64,000 bases of DNA from Eledone cirrhosa (lineage: Eukaryota), in assembly GCA_964016885.1 (NCBI GenBank), contig OZ024742.1:197036001-197100000 (forward strand), written 5' to 3'. Positions 1 through 15,927 of this stretch are shown here, piece by piece; position 1 is the stretch's first letter, and each line of letters starts with the position of its first letter. A program made the translations under genes and the position numbers. Below the pieces are notes generated by a model. It saw only the letters and a list, made by a program, of their open reading frames with translations, was not told where the DNA came from and did no database searches.

Positions 1-217
1 AATTTCTATTTCTATAAGTAATGAAATACTTGCTGTTGTTGATCGTATAACCAAACGTAAGAGACAAAAAGCTGTAATCTGTCCAATTCTATTGTTTTAT
101 TTGGATCTGCTGAACTAATTATTCCGCAATGAACTGTTTTTCATTCAGGTTGGATTAGCAAAACCATGTAAGTCGATTAAAATAATTTGATACACAAATA
201 CGCGGCTTATCATTTAA

Positions 218-422
218 CTCTTTAGCATTTAAACCAGCCATATCCAGCCAGAATTCCTTCACCTCTTTCTGTTCAAACCGGCTACTCACGAATTGTTCTC
301 AAAATAAATAATATCAAAATCTCGCAGATTCAATATTATGTAAGATAACTATTTGAAATAAAATGTTTTCCATGAAAATACAATAGTATAGAGTAATATA
401 GAGTAATGTAAATGTTAAAGGG
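218..422. mobile_element. piggyBac-like MITE
   Basis: TTAA at 214-217 and 423-426 flank imperfect TIRs ctctttagcattta / taaatgttaaaggg. Confidence 0.65.
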
Positions 423-980
423 TTAATATTTATATATCTTCTGTGAAATTATAGTACTGCTGTGATTAGATTTCACCCCATCGGATTACATTTGGGGCTG
501 ATTACAACCTCTCACGTTGTGGACCAAGAAATAACGAACTCAATTTGAAGAAAGTTAAATAGATGTGACTAAGATATTCACCAAATTATACTAAAAATAA
601 CCACATGCTACATAATACTTCCAGGATTTGAAGCCAATTCTAATGTTTCCGTCTATTTGGATATTAGATTTCATCTGTGCTATGATAATAATGAGTTGAA
701 TAGAGCTTAATGAGTTTAATACTTCAGAATGTAAGTACCAAGGATTTGATGAAATTTATGTAATTAATTACGATTTTCTTTCAATACACTTGGCTTTGAA
801 TCAAACATCGATCAATTATTTAGCAAGTTATGGTCTGTAATTAAACTTTAGAGTAGTTTGGTTAGAAATAATTACATATAAATAATATAGAGAGTTGCAT
901 GTGTATGTATATGTGTGTAATTGTATATATGTCTATGTATGCGTTTGTATGTATGTGCATGTGTGTATGTATGTATATAT

Positions 981-1535
981 GTCAGGTCGTTCTTCAGTGC
1001 TTCTGGTAACAAGTAAGCTAGTACAACCTGTGTATGGTCGGGTCGTCGGCGACTAAACCGGCAACCCCACCAAACTTGCTTGGTGAGGAGGGTGATTTTG
1101 GACACCCTGCGGGATGAAAAACAAAACCCGTCAAAGGGCGGAGGAACCCAGGAGAGTCAACGGCCATCCAAATAGTTTTTTTTGTGGAGCGGGAGACCTC
1201 TAGTTTTCATAATATATCTCCCAAGGATAAGGTCACTCTGATATAAAACCAGCGACATCAATTGCATCCAATGATGTAGACTAGTTCTTCTTTTTGGACA
1301 AATGCATTCGATGTTCAGAGAGTAGGATTGGCTCAGTGAAAAGCCTTTCCTCACTTAAAAAAGCTTCAAGCACTGAAATTGCTTGATATATGGCATTCTA
1401 TTGCGATGTATGGCATTGCTGGCCATCGGGATGTCCCTAGCAGGACTAAAAAGCGACATCCATGATGTCCATGCTTAAGTGTCAAGCGATGGCATTACTC
1501 GAAATCGAGTTTCAGCCATCATGTATGTATGTATG
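981..1535 (+). mobile_element. RTE-derived short non-autonomous retroelement with (ATGT)n tail
   Basis: Homologous copies at 18322, 29335, 62030 and 63486. The RTE-like 5' UTR motifs (ggtcgtcggcgactaaacc, actctgatataaaacc) are recognised from memory; the element ends cagccatc(atgt)n. Confidence 0.65.
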
Positions 1536-1615
1536 TATATGCGTGTATGTGAGTGTATGCATGTGTGCGTGTGTATGTTTTACGTGTGCGTATGTGAGTG
1601 TGTAGGTGTGTGTGA

Positions 1616-1654
1616 GAGAGGAAGAGAGAAAGAGAGAGGGAAAGAGAGAGAGAA

Positions 1655-1693
<39 letters not shown>
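1616..1693. repeat. (GA)n microsatellite
   Basis: Directly visible. Confidence 0.95.
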
Positions 1694-1696
<3 letters not shown>

Positions 1697-1838
1697 GGTA
1701 CAAAATTTTAGTTAAAAAGAACGTTAATCAGCCAAAATATTTCCCACGGAAAGAAAAAGAGACGTTCCAGCTTTCTTATGATTTAGTCTGACCCTCAATA
1801 ATCATCCAAATAATACATAAATATTCAAAGGAACTTAC

Positions 1839-2012
1839 CGCAACAGTTCGATCTTCCGGATCTTGGGTTCCTAAAACAATTTCTCCCGTCGAATCTATTT
1901 TGGTTCGCTGGTCTCCAACGGTTAATGATTCCACGAGTTTACAATCTATGTACATTTCCACGTTTTCTGTCCCGACAGAAAAGTGAAGTTTGTGCCATGA
2001 TTTGGTAAAAAG
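1839..2012 (-). CDS. Collagen IX/FACIT-like gene exon, TSPN domain (LFTKSWHKLHFSVGTENVEMYIDCKLVESL...EDRTVA)
   Basis: ctgttctcttacag|CTT TTT ... GTT GCG|gtaagt. 174 nt, phase 0-0. WHKL...YIDC is the TSPN signature. The gene continues beyond position 1. Confidence 0.93.
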
Positions 2013-2079
2013 CTGTAAGAGAACAGAAAAAAAAACTGTTTAGACTATTGGTTATTTGAAGACATTTACACATACATCA

Positions 2080-2268
2080 GGCGGTGGATTGGCAGTATCG
2101 GTATACCGTCAGACACCACGCTTTTCAGCATAGAGTTATGACCCTTTACGTTCTGGGTTAAATCCCACCGAGGTTTACTTTGTCTTTCATCCTGACGGGG
2201 TCGATAAAATAAAGTACCAGTGATGTACTGGGTATTTGCTGGCCTTGTGCCAAAAGTAGAAACAATTA
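2080..2268 (+). mobile_element. tRNA-derived SINE, family 1 (octopus-type, Nin-like central domain)
   Basis: Head ggcggtggattggcagtatcgg, B-box-like g(g/a)ttcaaatccc, core tttcatcct..ggggtcgataaaataaagtaccag. More than 15 copies in the window. Confidence 0.85.
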
Positions 2269-2700
2269 TTACAACATAATGCTCAAATCCTGTCAAGGTT
2301 AGCTTTGCTTTTCCTCTTTATGGGACCGATAAAATAAAGCACCAATAATGCTCTGGATTGATCTAATCGATTTCCCCCTCCCCCCAAATTGTTGGCCTTG
2401 TGCCTAAATCATAAACTATTGTTAAAAAATAATACATTTTATACTATAAAGGAAAGATAATATTATTTGAAAGATATCAAATATCAAACATAATACGCCA
2501 CACGTGTTTGTGTTTTTTTTTCCATTTCAAGTAGACGCGCTCCATCATCCACTGTTCTAAAAAATAAATCATACACAAAACGCCAGCACCAACAGTTTTG
2601 CAAGAGATGTCAACATGAATGGACCTGTTATTTATATCTAAAGACATTTTTTCCAATTCCATCCCACCCGTCCCCTCAATCTATCTTATTTCTCATTCTT

Positions 2701-2736
2701 TCTTCTGATGAAGGACAAGGGTCCGAAACGTTAGGA
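2701..2736 (+). ncRNA. Minimal type I hammerhead ribozyme
   Basis: TCTT CTGATGA A GGAC-aagg-GTCC GAAA C GTT AGGA. Core, stem II and stem I are present; stem III is the palindrome ACGT with no loop. Confidence 0.75.
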
Positions 2737-5616
2737 CCCTTTTCCTGCTATATCAAGCGTTAACCAAATATAGTCCGTTAAAGGTTCTTGGCACTACCAT
2801 AGTTACTATCGATTTCCTCTACCCGTGGGACTTGGAGACATGAGCCGAATGCTACCATTCTATTATACATCGATGTGGACTGCTATTTCTAATAACCCTC
2901 CTTTCACCCCTTAATAATTTGTGTGTGAGACACGTTAGCTGAGTGCTTTTGACGGGAACGAACAGATTGGTTTTCTAGTCTCCCACCACCACGTAGAGTT
3001 TGTAAATCGGTGGCTAGTCGAGAGATAGAGTTGTATCGGGTGCCAGTTGCTAGTCGCTTTACCGTGTCGGTTGTCACAAACAGTCATGACCGGCATGGGC
3101 TGGGGTTTAGATTCTGTCGATCGATTGGTTATTGATTAGGCGATACCCGCTGATGAAGCCGCATAAGCCGATTGTGAATTGTTGCATAATATGCAGACGG
3201 AGGGTGCAGTGCACCTTACTGTTGCATTAAGTGCGGGAACTATTATAGGCATCCGTTTTACGTGTGTTGTATTGAAGCGAATAACTATGTGTATACTCTG
3301 GGAATGTATCTTACATTGCCCATGGAGTACGCTGAGATACAACTGGTCCTGGCATTGTTAAATATGATGGGTCCGTCAACTCCTTATTATATATGTATAT
3401 ATATATATCCGTTTGTAACACTTTAAAATGTACATACACAAACACACATTCATACACATAATGCATTTCCTATCTCAGTCAGGTTCGTACAATAGGAAGT
3501 TCACTTTCCAGTCATAAGGTCCTGGTTCTAACTCTACATTTGTTCTTGTAAATAGTTACTTCTCCAAAGTTATTCATACATTTAATCCCACATGTTACTT
3601 GTGCATGCATCATAACAATTTATGTAAATATATCTTAGAAATAATTATCAAAATATTATGCTAATCTTTAATCATGTTCACACGTTATTATCATAAACTA
3701 TAAGGTTTCTCGTAAGCAAACAATTAATTTATCCAAACGCAATTTTCTAGTCTATATGGTTGTTTATATATCTGGCAATTCTGGTGTATATAGCATACCG
3801 ATCTTGGACTTTGAATACCAAATACGTTCAACGCTATTTCCGTCATTATTGACGACACGGATCCACTAGCATCCTAAAGTATGCAGTCAAGCTAAATGGA
3901 TCCTTAAATGAATCTGTCCCCTTTTTCGAAGAAACAAAAATTTAAAGTTTACTATTAATAGATTTTTTCCTTCTAAATCTATGTTGCATGTATTCAAGTC
4001 ACTCAACATATATTAATGTATAAATAGGAAGCTTCATATTTGTTTTGAAATCAAATCTGTAGCTGTGAAACGGATATGACACAAAACATAATAATACTCT
4101 TACAGCTACAATTTGGTAGCTACCCAGATTTATATTGCAATGATAAAATCATTTCCTGTGATCTACATATTTGCTTAGTTTGAAAAACTCACTGGGAACG
4201 GCATTTCTATGTGTCAAGGTTATGCACGCTAGTCTACCCGTTTATCTCCATTACCATCAAACTTTACATCGCCAAACATCGTTTACATTTTACTGTAATA
4301 TTCCATCTCATTTATTTACATATCTAACTAAACTGTCTGCTGTCTATGGATGGGCTTGTCTAGTTACAAGAAAACATGAACAGATAAACAAAGGAAATAG
4401 CAACGATAAAAATGGCTTATGAATGTATGAATATTTGAGAGGAATATATTTAATAAGTTTGTCAGCTAAAATAACTAGATCAAACAAACATGGACATCTT
4501 TATTTAGCATATTTGCAGTATGTGTCTGTTTAGTTGTCTTAACTGTGAAGGAGAACGCATATACAATTGAATGACATAGGCTATACAATCATAAAATTAT
4601 AAACAAACTGCTGGACCAGTGTAGTCGTTAGAAATGTCATTGATTAACTCATGGTTTATAAAATAGATAAATACATACACTGATAAATATACAAACACAC
4701 ACGTGTATATAAGTAACTAAAAATCAAGGACTGTTTGTAAATAACAGAACGCAGTGAAATCGTTACAATTAATCTCTGTAACGAATGGTTTCTGTAAACT
4801 TCATATGCTTAATATTGCATACAACTATAAAAATGTTATACAAGAAAGGATTCAAATACACCATCTGGTTTCTTAAAAAAACAGTCTTTTTAAGAAATAT
4901 ATCACGAAAGAATCAACGCTATTACTTAACCGGCTTGTAACAGCAGCCAAATGTCCTCCAGTTCACATTGTACACCCTTAAAAAAAAGAACAGACGATGC
5001 GGACCAAAATATACAAAAAGGCAGGACGCTAATAAGTGGGATGTTTGCTTGCTGAGGAGTGGACAACAGCAACAACAACGAAAACAACAGCTCTGTAATT
5101 TCATGCGTTCTAATATACACATATCTAATACTTCAAATATATTAACTACACCAATATCTCTCATCTCCTCCACTTTTCTGAGCTGGGAGACGTATGTGTT
5201 TTTCACACTGTTTTTCTATAAATGTAGTGTTACAATCCACTCTATTCAACGAGGTGTCAAAAGATAGAAATGAATAGTATACTAATAAAAAAAAAAAAAA
5301 AACCCCAAAACAGCCAGTATTTCGACGAGATCAATGAAAAAACTATTTTATTTACGAAACCTTTAAGGCCGGAAATCGAAGTTTAGTTCCCTTTTCATGT
5401 ATATTTTAAAGATAACAATATATTTACGTTTTTAACAGTTTATTGGGCGTGAGAATAGACTTTGTGTAATACAAACCAGTTACGTTATTCACTAATCTAA
5501 ATGAGTGTATTATTATAGCTGAATAGGTGAAATGTTATCAAATCTGATATTTATTATATAGTATTATTTTATTGCAGTGGTTCAACTTATATATATATAA
5601 TTGTTTCTACGTTAGT

Positions 5617-5760
5617 ATTACTGGTACTTTATTTTATCAACCCCGTAAGGATGAAAGGCAAAGTTAACCTCGGCGGGATTTGAACTCAGAATGGCAAGGC
5701 CCGTAACTCTATGCGTCAAAGTATGGCATCCGACACTCTACCAATACTGCCAATCCACCG
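5617..5760 (-). mobile_element. tRNA-derived SINE, family 1
   Basis: Reverse complement of the 2080-2268 family. Confidence 0.85.
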
Positions 5761-5771
5761 AGTGTCTGTTT

Positions 5772-5809
<38 letters not shown>

Positions 5810-5823
<14 letters not shown>

Positions 5824-7345
5824 TAAAAATAATGAATAAAAACAAAGAAACAGTTCCTTATATTAAAAAATTCATCATTTTACGATCGTTTCTACGATAT
5901 ATATGTTTGTGTTGGTATGTATATCATATAGATCTATGTAAAATTTTTACAAACTATCAGAGGGAATATACATACCTGCACATATATATGCTGTCTTCAG
6001 AAGTAATATTTGTTTATTGAAAAAAACCAACACAGATTTAATATAATAGGTCTGTTTGGAACAGGTTTTGAATTGGCTAATAGAAAGGTAGTGAGTGGTC
6101 AAGATGGTAGAATAGTAGTAATAGAACTTTAATTTAGGGGTAGAGGAAAGCAAATTTCAGTTTTGAATGGAAAGAGTATGATGAATGAACAGATTATTTT
6201 AGGGATGAAAATAGGTCAAGTCGGTAAAAGGTACACGAAGAATTGATATTATAAAAGAATAATGCTAATGTAAATATCTAAGGAGAATAAAATTCTACGA
6301 TAAATGTGTTAGTGAAAAATATCAATCTTATTTAAAATATAGGGAATTTAGATCTATAAAAAGAAAAAAAATTAATTAAATTGATAGGTATATTTATATT
6401 GATAAATTTATATTAATTCATATAGATATGATAAATAAGAGTTAGATGTAATTGAAGAGTGCTGTTAAAAACGAAGGGAAAATAAAAAAAAAATAATAAT
6501 AATTATTGGGAGGGTAAATTCATTAGTGAGAAATAACAAATTTATATAGATTATAAGGAACATAGAATCATAACCTGAAATTAAAATAGTTTATATGTAT
6601 ACTTATTGGTATAAATTTTAGGAAAAGATAGCTGTAAAAGGGAAATAAAATTATGCAGTTCATTAGTAGTAGAATATTAATTATAGGTTAACTAATTTTA
6701 AAAAAATTGTTATTATAATAATTTCTAAAGTGTATATTAATTAGGTTTATAATATTTAAAAGTTCTTCTCAGTTTATGATTACATGATATAATTAATTCC
6801 TGTCGTTTATTTAATAGGATATCCTTAGATTTCATTATTTCAAAAGGTTCCTGGGAACATAATCTACATTCATATCTATTATTTTGATAAGGGGTGGCCC
6901 TTTTGAGCACACTCCAGGTCAGGTTATAATCTATATTCCTCTTTCTATAATTATTAATCATTTCAGCTAAAGATGTTGTATTAGCTAATGTGGCATTTTT
7001 AAAACTGTGCTTGTGGGTATTAAATCTTACTTTAAATTGGTTAGAAGTAGCTCCTATATATGAATAAGTTGAGTCCTTAGTGTTAACTTTACATTTATAT
7101 ACTATGTTATTAATAAGGCAATTTCCTTTTAATGGGCAATTTGATTTGTTTCTACAGTTACCTTTCGTGAATGCTGTATCAGAGGAGATAGTCAAATTAG
7201 GTGTGGAATTTTCACGACTTGTTGTATGTGAATGAGATGGTGGTTTGCTGTGGTTTATTTTAGTATTATGGTTAGTTTGATGTATTGGTGGTATATTCAT
7301 GGTTTTTTTACATTTATATGCATTGTAGGCACTTATATTTTGTTG
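5810..7345 (-). mobile_element. 5'-truncated Penelope-like element (Naiad-type GIY-YIG endonuclease end, 3' UTR and pseudo-LTR)
   Basis: ORF 6737-7492 contains xNCRNKSNCPLKGNC...IVYKC...YIG...FKVRFNTH...W...CRLC...LLNKRQE...CNH. An AT-rich 3' UTR with a hammerhead follows, and both ends abut (TA)n. Confidence 0.85.
5874..6007 (-). ncRNA. Type I hammerhead ribozyme with long stem II
   Basis: Minus strand: attactt CTGAAGA [~100-nt hairpin; catatatatgt/acatatatat, ggtatgtata/tatacatacc] GAAAC GATC GTA aaatgat. Confidence 0.65.
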
Positions 7346-7554
7346 TATACATATATATATATATACATATATATATATAAATAAATTCAGCGAGAATCGC
7401 GTTTCAGAGGGTAGAAAAAGCGAAACGTAACGCAAATTCCGAGTCATGCTGGCAAGCGCCCTATGGGCTAAAAAACCCAGAGCAATAAACATAGGTTATA
7501 AAGGCCATACAAACTGAGAAGGCGGCCAAGAAGCCATTAACACCTAAGCCAAAA

Positions 7555-7559
<5 letters not shown>

Positions 7560-7591
<32 letters not shown>

Positions 7592-7629
7592 TGTATATAT
7601 ATGTATATATATATATATAAATATGTATA

Positions 7630-7693
<64 letters not shown>

Positions 7694-7694
7694 A

Positions 7695-7775
<81 letters not shown>

Positions 7776-7860
7776 AATATGTATATATATATATATATAT
7801 ATAAATATGTATATATATATATATATATATAAATATGTATATATATATATATATATATAA

Positions 7861-7891
<31 letters not shown>

Positions 7892-7953
7892 AATATGTAT
7901 ATATATATATATATATATATAAATATGTATATATAGATATATAAATATGTATA

Positions 7954-7991
<38 letters not shown>

Positions 7992-8021
7992 TATGTATAT
8001 ATATATATATAAATATGTATA

Positions 8022-8053
<32 letters not shown>

Positions 8054-8115
8054 AATATGTATATATATATATATATATATATAAATATGTATATATAGAT
8101 ATATAAATATGTATA

Positions 8116-8153
<38 letters not shown>

Positions 8154-8197
8154 TATGTATATATATATATATAAATATGTATATATATGTAAATATG

Positions 8198-8235
<38 letters not shown>

Positions 8236-8310
8236 TATATATATATAAATAAATATGTATATATATATATATATAAATATGTATATATATATATATATAA
8301 ATATGTATAT

Positions 8311-8369
<59 letters not shown>

Positions 8370-8375
8370 AATATA
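7560..8375. repeat. Degenerate (TA)n array with periodic aaatatgt interruptions
   Basis: Directly visible. Confidence 0.95.
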
Positions 8376-11300
8376 TAACTTTGAATAACTTTGAAATGTT
8401 TTGGCCAGTATTGGCCCAGGCCATGTCTAACTTAATAGCACCACCTGGCGAAGTCTTTCAATTCAGGATTTGGGCACCATGGCCCATTCGAGAAGAGAAT
8501 TACTGTTTGCGGAGACATATCCGGGTGTGGGTGGTTTGTCCGGGATTACTTGGAGGAATTTGTCCAAAGACTTCTTGAATTTTGTGTGGTCAGTTTCTGT
8601 TTTGACGTGTCCTGGTGTGATGTTGAAGAGAGCAGGGCCGATTGAGGTGAAATAATTGTGCCGTATTGTTGTTATGAGTTGCGATTTAGATTTTTGAATG
8701 GGACGGATAGCACGAGGCCCAAGCCTTGGGTGTATCTTGAAGGCGATGCCAACATCATTTGGGCAGTGATGATGGAACATTTTCCACATCATGCAGATAA
8801 TATAACGCTCACGGCGACGTTGGAGTGAGTAAAGTTTCAGGTTTTCTAATCGACCCCAGTAGTCAAGGTCTGACATGCCATCTATCTTTTTCGTGATTGC
8901 CCTTTGAGGAGCTTCAAGTTTCATGATACTTTGTTTCGTGTGGGGAGACCACAGTGGACAACAGTATTCAAGGTGTGGTCGGGCAAAAGTAGAGAAGAGA
9001 AGGATAATGGTGCGGGAATCTCTCGACTGGAAGGTTCTGAGGATCCAGGAACACATTCTGCGGGCCATGTCAACTTTGCTGCTTATATGCGTGGTCCAGC
9101 TTATGTTGCTGTCCACGGTTACTCCCAAGTCTCTGATGTTGTTAGATGCCACGAGAGTTTCCCCGGAGGGAAGGGAGTACGGGAGTTTCAGAGCATCCTC
9201 TTTTCCAAAGTGGATCAGTTCGAATTTGTCTTCGTTCAGTAACATGTTGTTCTTTTCCGCCCATTGGGTAACAGCCAGTAGGTCTGACTGAAGGCTTATC
9301 CGGTCATCCACGCCATTGATGACCTTTTGGAGCTTGGAATCATCAGCGAAAATTTTAATGTTGCTGTGTTTGATGATGTCAGTGATGTCATTAATATAGA
9401 TGATGAAGAGAAGTGGGCCCAACACAGTGCCTTGTGGGACCCCACTACTGACTTTGGCTGGGCTGGATTTGACTCCCTCAACTACAACATGTTGGGTTCT
9501 GTTTGACAGGAAGCTCTTGATCCACTGCAGCAGCTTTCCAGTGACACCAATATTGGACAGCTTTCTCAGTAGAATGTTATGATCAACCCTGTCAAAGGCC
9601 TTGCTGAAATCAAGGTAGATAACATCAGTGTTGGAACCCTCTCCCAAGGCTCTCAAAATGTCATCAAAGTGATGCAGTAGCTGCGTCAGGCAATCCCTTC
9701 CATTACGGAATCCATGCTGGTTGGAGTTCAGCATATTGTTACTCTCAAGGAAGTGGGTCATTCGCGATCTCACCACTCTCTCAAATACCTTAATGATATG
9801 AGAGGTGAGTGAGATTGGACGGTAATTCACGGCAAGGGATTTGTTTCCCTTTTTGAAAACTGGGACAACAGACTGGGACAGAAGGTTTTCTGGCACATAT
9901 CCAGCATCCAGTGAGTTCCGCCACAGATTGGCAAGAGGAGATGCAAGTTGGTGTTGACACGCCTTCAAGACACAAGCAGGGAACCTATCGGGACCTACTG
10001 CTGAATTATGCTTGATTTCCTTTATTGCCGCCAAGACATCAGGGGCGCCAAACGTTATGTCCGATAAGGTGTAATGGGGAGTAACATCGCCGATACAGCA
10101 CAGATCGGCCATATCAGGATTGCTGAAAACAGAGCAGTATTGTTTCTGCAGTATCTCACCCATGGTTTTAGCATTGTCTTGAAGAGTGCCATTTTCATCA
10201 ATTAGAGGGCCAACAGTAGAGCCAGTGATTTTGTGTTTTTTTGCAAATGAAAAGAACACTTTGGGATTGAGTTTGATCTTCTCAATGGCCCAGGCCTCCT
10301 CAGCTCTTCTCTGATTGTTGATGAGGGACATTATGTTGTTTTGGAGGTTATGTTTTTTAATCTCTAGTGATGAAATGGCAGTTAAGTTGATGTGTTGCTG
10401 CTGACAATATTTCAGCTTGTTGATTTTTTTGTTCGTTCTCTTAATTTTTCTGATGAGCGTTTTTCTATTTCTAGGGATTCTGCTCTTAGATTTGTTTATA
10501 GTTCTTAATGGGGTGGGTTTAGCACATATGTTTGTAACAGTGTCCACAAATGTCTGCCAGGACTTTTTGATGTTAGTGGGTGTATGAGTGTGCGTGAAGG
10601 ACCAGTCGACATGTGCAAGATCATGACTGATCGCTTCCCAGTTTGCATTGTGGAAATCCATAGCGTCAAACGGATGGACAGGAGAGATGACATTGGGTTT
10701 GTATATTGGACGGTGGAATCTCAGATCACAGAGAACCATGTCATGATCAGAGAGTAGAGTTTTCTCCACTGCAATATTGTGGATATTGTCAGTGTGATTG
10801 CTGAAAATTAAGTCTAGGACGTTTTTGTGGCACCTCGTTGGTTCGAGCACCAGTTGGGATAGGAAGAAATCATCCATGAAGTCAAGAAGCGATTCCACAG
10901 CTTCCCTGTCAGAGGTTGAGGCAGAAGAACCTGGTGGCAGGCTGTTTGTGGACCAGTCAACTCCGGGGAGGTTGAAGTCCCCCATCATTAAGATGTTGTC
11001 AGGGTGACACTCTTGGATGAAACACTTTATGCTGTTGAGGCATTCCTTGAAGCATGGTACAGGCGTTTGGGGTGGCCTATAGAGCCCAACTACTAATAGG
11101 TTGTTGGTTTGACTGAATACAGTGACTGCCTCACAGTATCCATTAGTGAATATGTTCATAGCCTCTGTTGAGAAAGAATTATGGACATAAATGGCAGTTC
11201 CGCCCTTTCTTCTGCCAGCGCGATCAGCACGGATGGCTTTGAAATTTTTCACTTTCACCTCGGCTTCCAAGTGGAGGTTACTGAGATGGGTTTCAGTGAG

Positions 11301-11694
11301 GACGAAGAAAGGGATGTGGTTTGGATGGACATCAATCCAGTCCTCCAGGAATTTGATCTTCCATTTTTGAGTATTGGTGGAAGGGCTGATGCCTTGGGCG
11401 TTAAGCAAAAATGTAGAGGCGAGAGTGGATGGTTTTAATTGTTTTGGTGTGTTGTTAATTTGTTTGTTTGTTAATGGCAGCAATGGGAGTTTGTGCAGTG
11501 GGGTGATAGTGGAGGGTGGTGCTGGGTGATAGCTCGAATGTTTTTTTCCAGTACTTTTGCCAGATTCATTATGGCTAAAAAAGAGGAAGAAGTTTCCTGT
11601 TTAGAAGACTGTTGGTGACTGTGGTAGTGGTTATTTTTATGTAGGTTATGGTTTTTGTTTTTGTTTTTATTTTTATTTTTAATTTTATTTTTTT

Positions 11695-11695
<1 letters not shown>
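8376..11695 (-). mobile_element. CR1/L2-group LINE, truncated within ORF1, with intact ORF2
   Basis: ORF1 C-terminal remnant, APE-RT ORF2, short 3' UTR with a GGCCA-atac-TGGCC hairpin, and a (TTCAAAGTTA)2 tail. Both ends abut (TA)n. Confidence 0.92.
8463..11600 (-). CDS. LINE ORF2: AP endonuclease plus reverse transcriptase (stop-to-stop frame, no proximal ATG)
   Basis: APE motifs LNAQG, LTETHL, YRPP, MGDFN, LDLIF, SDH. RT motifs YRPISL, QHGFR, YLDFSKAFDRV, GVPQGTVLGPLLF, FADD. No internal stops. Confidence 0.95.
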   Translation of the reverse strand, partial: TGNFFLFFSHNESGKSTGKKHSSYHPAPPSTITPLHKLPLLPLTNKQINNTPKQLKPSTLASTFLLNAQGISPSTNTQKWKIKFLEDWIDVHPNHIPFFVLTETHLSNLHLEAEVKVKNFKAIRADRAGRRKGGTAIYVHNSFSTEAMNIFTNGYCEAVTVFSQTNNLLVVGLYRPPQTPVPCFKECLNSIKCFIQECHPDNILMMGDFNLPGVDWSTNSLPPGSSASTSDREAVESLLDFMDDFFLSQLVLEPTRCHKNVLDLIFSNHTDNIHNIAVEKTLLSDHDMVLCDLRFHRPIYKPNVISPVHPFDAMDFHNANWEAISHDLAHVDWSFTHTHTPTNIKKSWQTFVDTVTNICAKPTPLRTINKSKSRIPRNRKTLIRKIKRTNKKINKLKYCQQQHINLTAISSLEIKKHNLQNNIMSLINNQRRAEEAWAIEKIKLNPKVFFSFAKKHKITGSTVGPLIDENGTLQDNAKTMGEILQKQYCSVFSNPDMADLCCIGDVTPHYTLSDITFGAPDVLAAIKEIKHNSAVGPDRFPACVLKACQHQLASPLANLWRNSLDAGYVPENLLSQSVVPVFKKGNKSLAVNYRPISLTSHIIKVFERVVRSRMTHFLESNNMLNSNQHGFRNGRDCLTQLLHHFDDILRALGEGSNTDVIYLDFSKAFDRVDHNILLRKLSNIGVTGKLLQWIKSFLSNRTQHVVVEGVKSSPAKVSSGVPQGTVLGPLLFIIYINDITDIIKHSNIKIFADDSKLQKVINGVDDRISLQSDLLAVTQWAEKNNMLLNEDKFELIHFGKEDALKLPYSLPSGETLVASNNIRDLGVTVDSNISWTTHISSKVDMARRMCSWILRTFQSRDSRTIILLFSTFARPHLEYCCPLWSPHTKQSIMKLEAPQRAITKKIDGMSDLDYWGRLENLKLYSLQRRRERYIICMMWKMFHHHCPNDVGIAFKIHPRLGPRAIRPIQKSKSQLITTIRHNYFTSIGPALFNITPGHVKTETDHTKFKKSLDKFLQVIPDKPPTPGYVSANSNSLLEWAMVPKS

Positions 11696-15260
<3,565 letters not shown>

Positions 15261-15660
15261 GTTAAATGTAAGTATGTATGTATACGTACATACATATATG
15301 TATACAGACGTACAGTCACATGCATATATATATATATATATATACATACAGGCACACACGCCTGGCCGACTGAAATCACTCGATATGCAAATTAGGCTGC
15401 TCAGCCGTTAGTTTTCATAAGGAAAGTATATACTTTCGAACGTTCAACCATCTGGCAGAATGGTATACGGTGCTGACGATAGCTAACAAGCCTGAAACTC
15501 GTACATCGTTCCTGTGTCAGTGTTGAACAAAAAGGTGACGTGGTTTCCTGAACACTGTACGGCGTAAATCAGGCCGTTCGTTTGTTTACAAACGAACAAA
15601 GCGAACATTATAATAAATGTTCGGTAAACTGATACGTGCATATATATATATGTGTGCCTG

Positions 15661-15696
<36 letters not shown>

Positions 15697-15810
15697 TGCT
15701 ACTGTACGTCTGTATACATATATGTATGTACGTATACATACATACTTACATTTAAGTAAGTGCCGTACTAAGAGTGATAAATGAAATTTCGTTTCATTCT
15801 ATTCCATTTA
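15261..15810 (+). mobile_element. Non-coding hammerhead element (retrozyme/pLTR-like), family A, with inverted 5' end
   Basis: About 15262-15358 is the reverse complement of about 15651-15755. Homologous to 37270-37840. Confidence 0.75.
15467..15509 (+). ncRNA. Type I hammerhead ribozyme (family A)
   Basis: ACGGTG CTGACGA tagctaacaagcct GAAAC TC GTA CATCGT. Confidence 0.7.
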
Positions 15811-15927
15811 TATATTTATGTATATATATATATGTATATATATATGTATATATATATGTATATATAAATATGTATATATATATATATGTATATATATAAA
15901 TATGTATATATATAAATATGTATATAT

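Noticed and set aside
1-1838. Next coding exon of the TSPN gene
   Set aside because: No phase-0 exon with the expected C-terminal TSPN cysteines or Gly-X-Y was found; it probably lies outside the window.
2080-2170. tRNA gene
   Set aside because: This is a SINE head with A/B-box remnants, no cloverleaf, and many diverged copies.
5900-6736. SECIS element or selenocysteine in the Naiad-like remnant
   Set aside because: No in-frame TGA in the surviving ORF and no AUGA/AA/GA hairpin with a pairing helix II was found.
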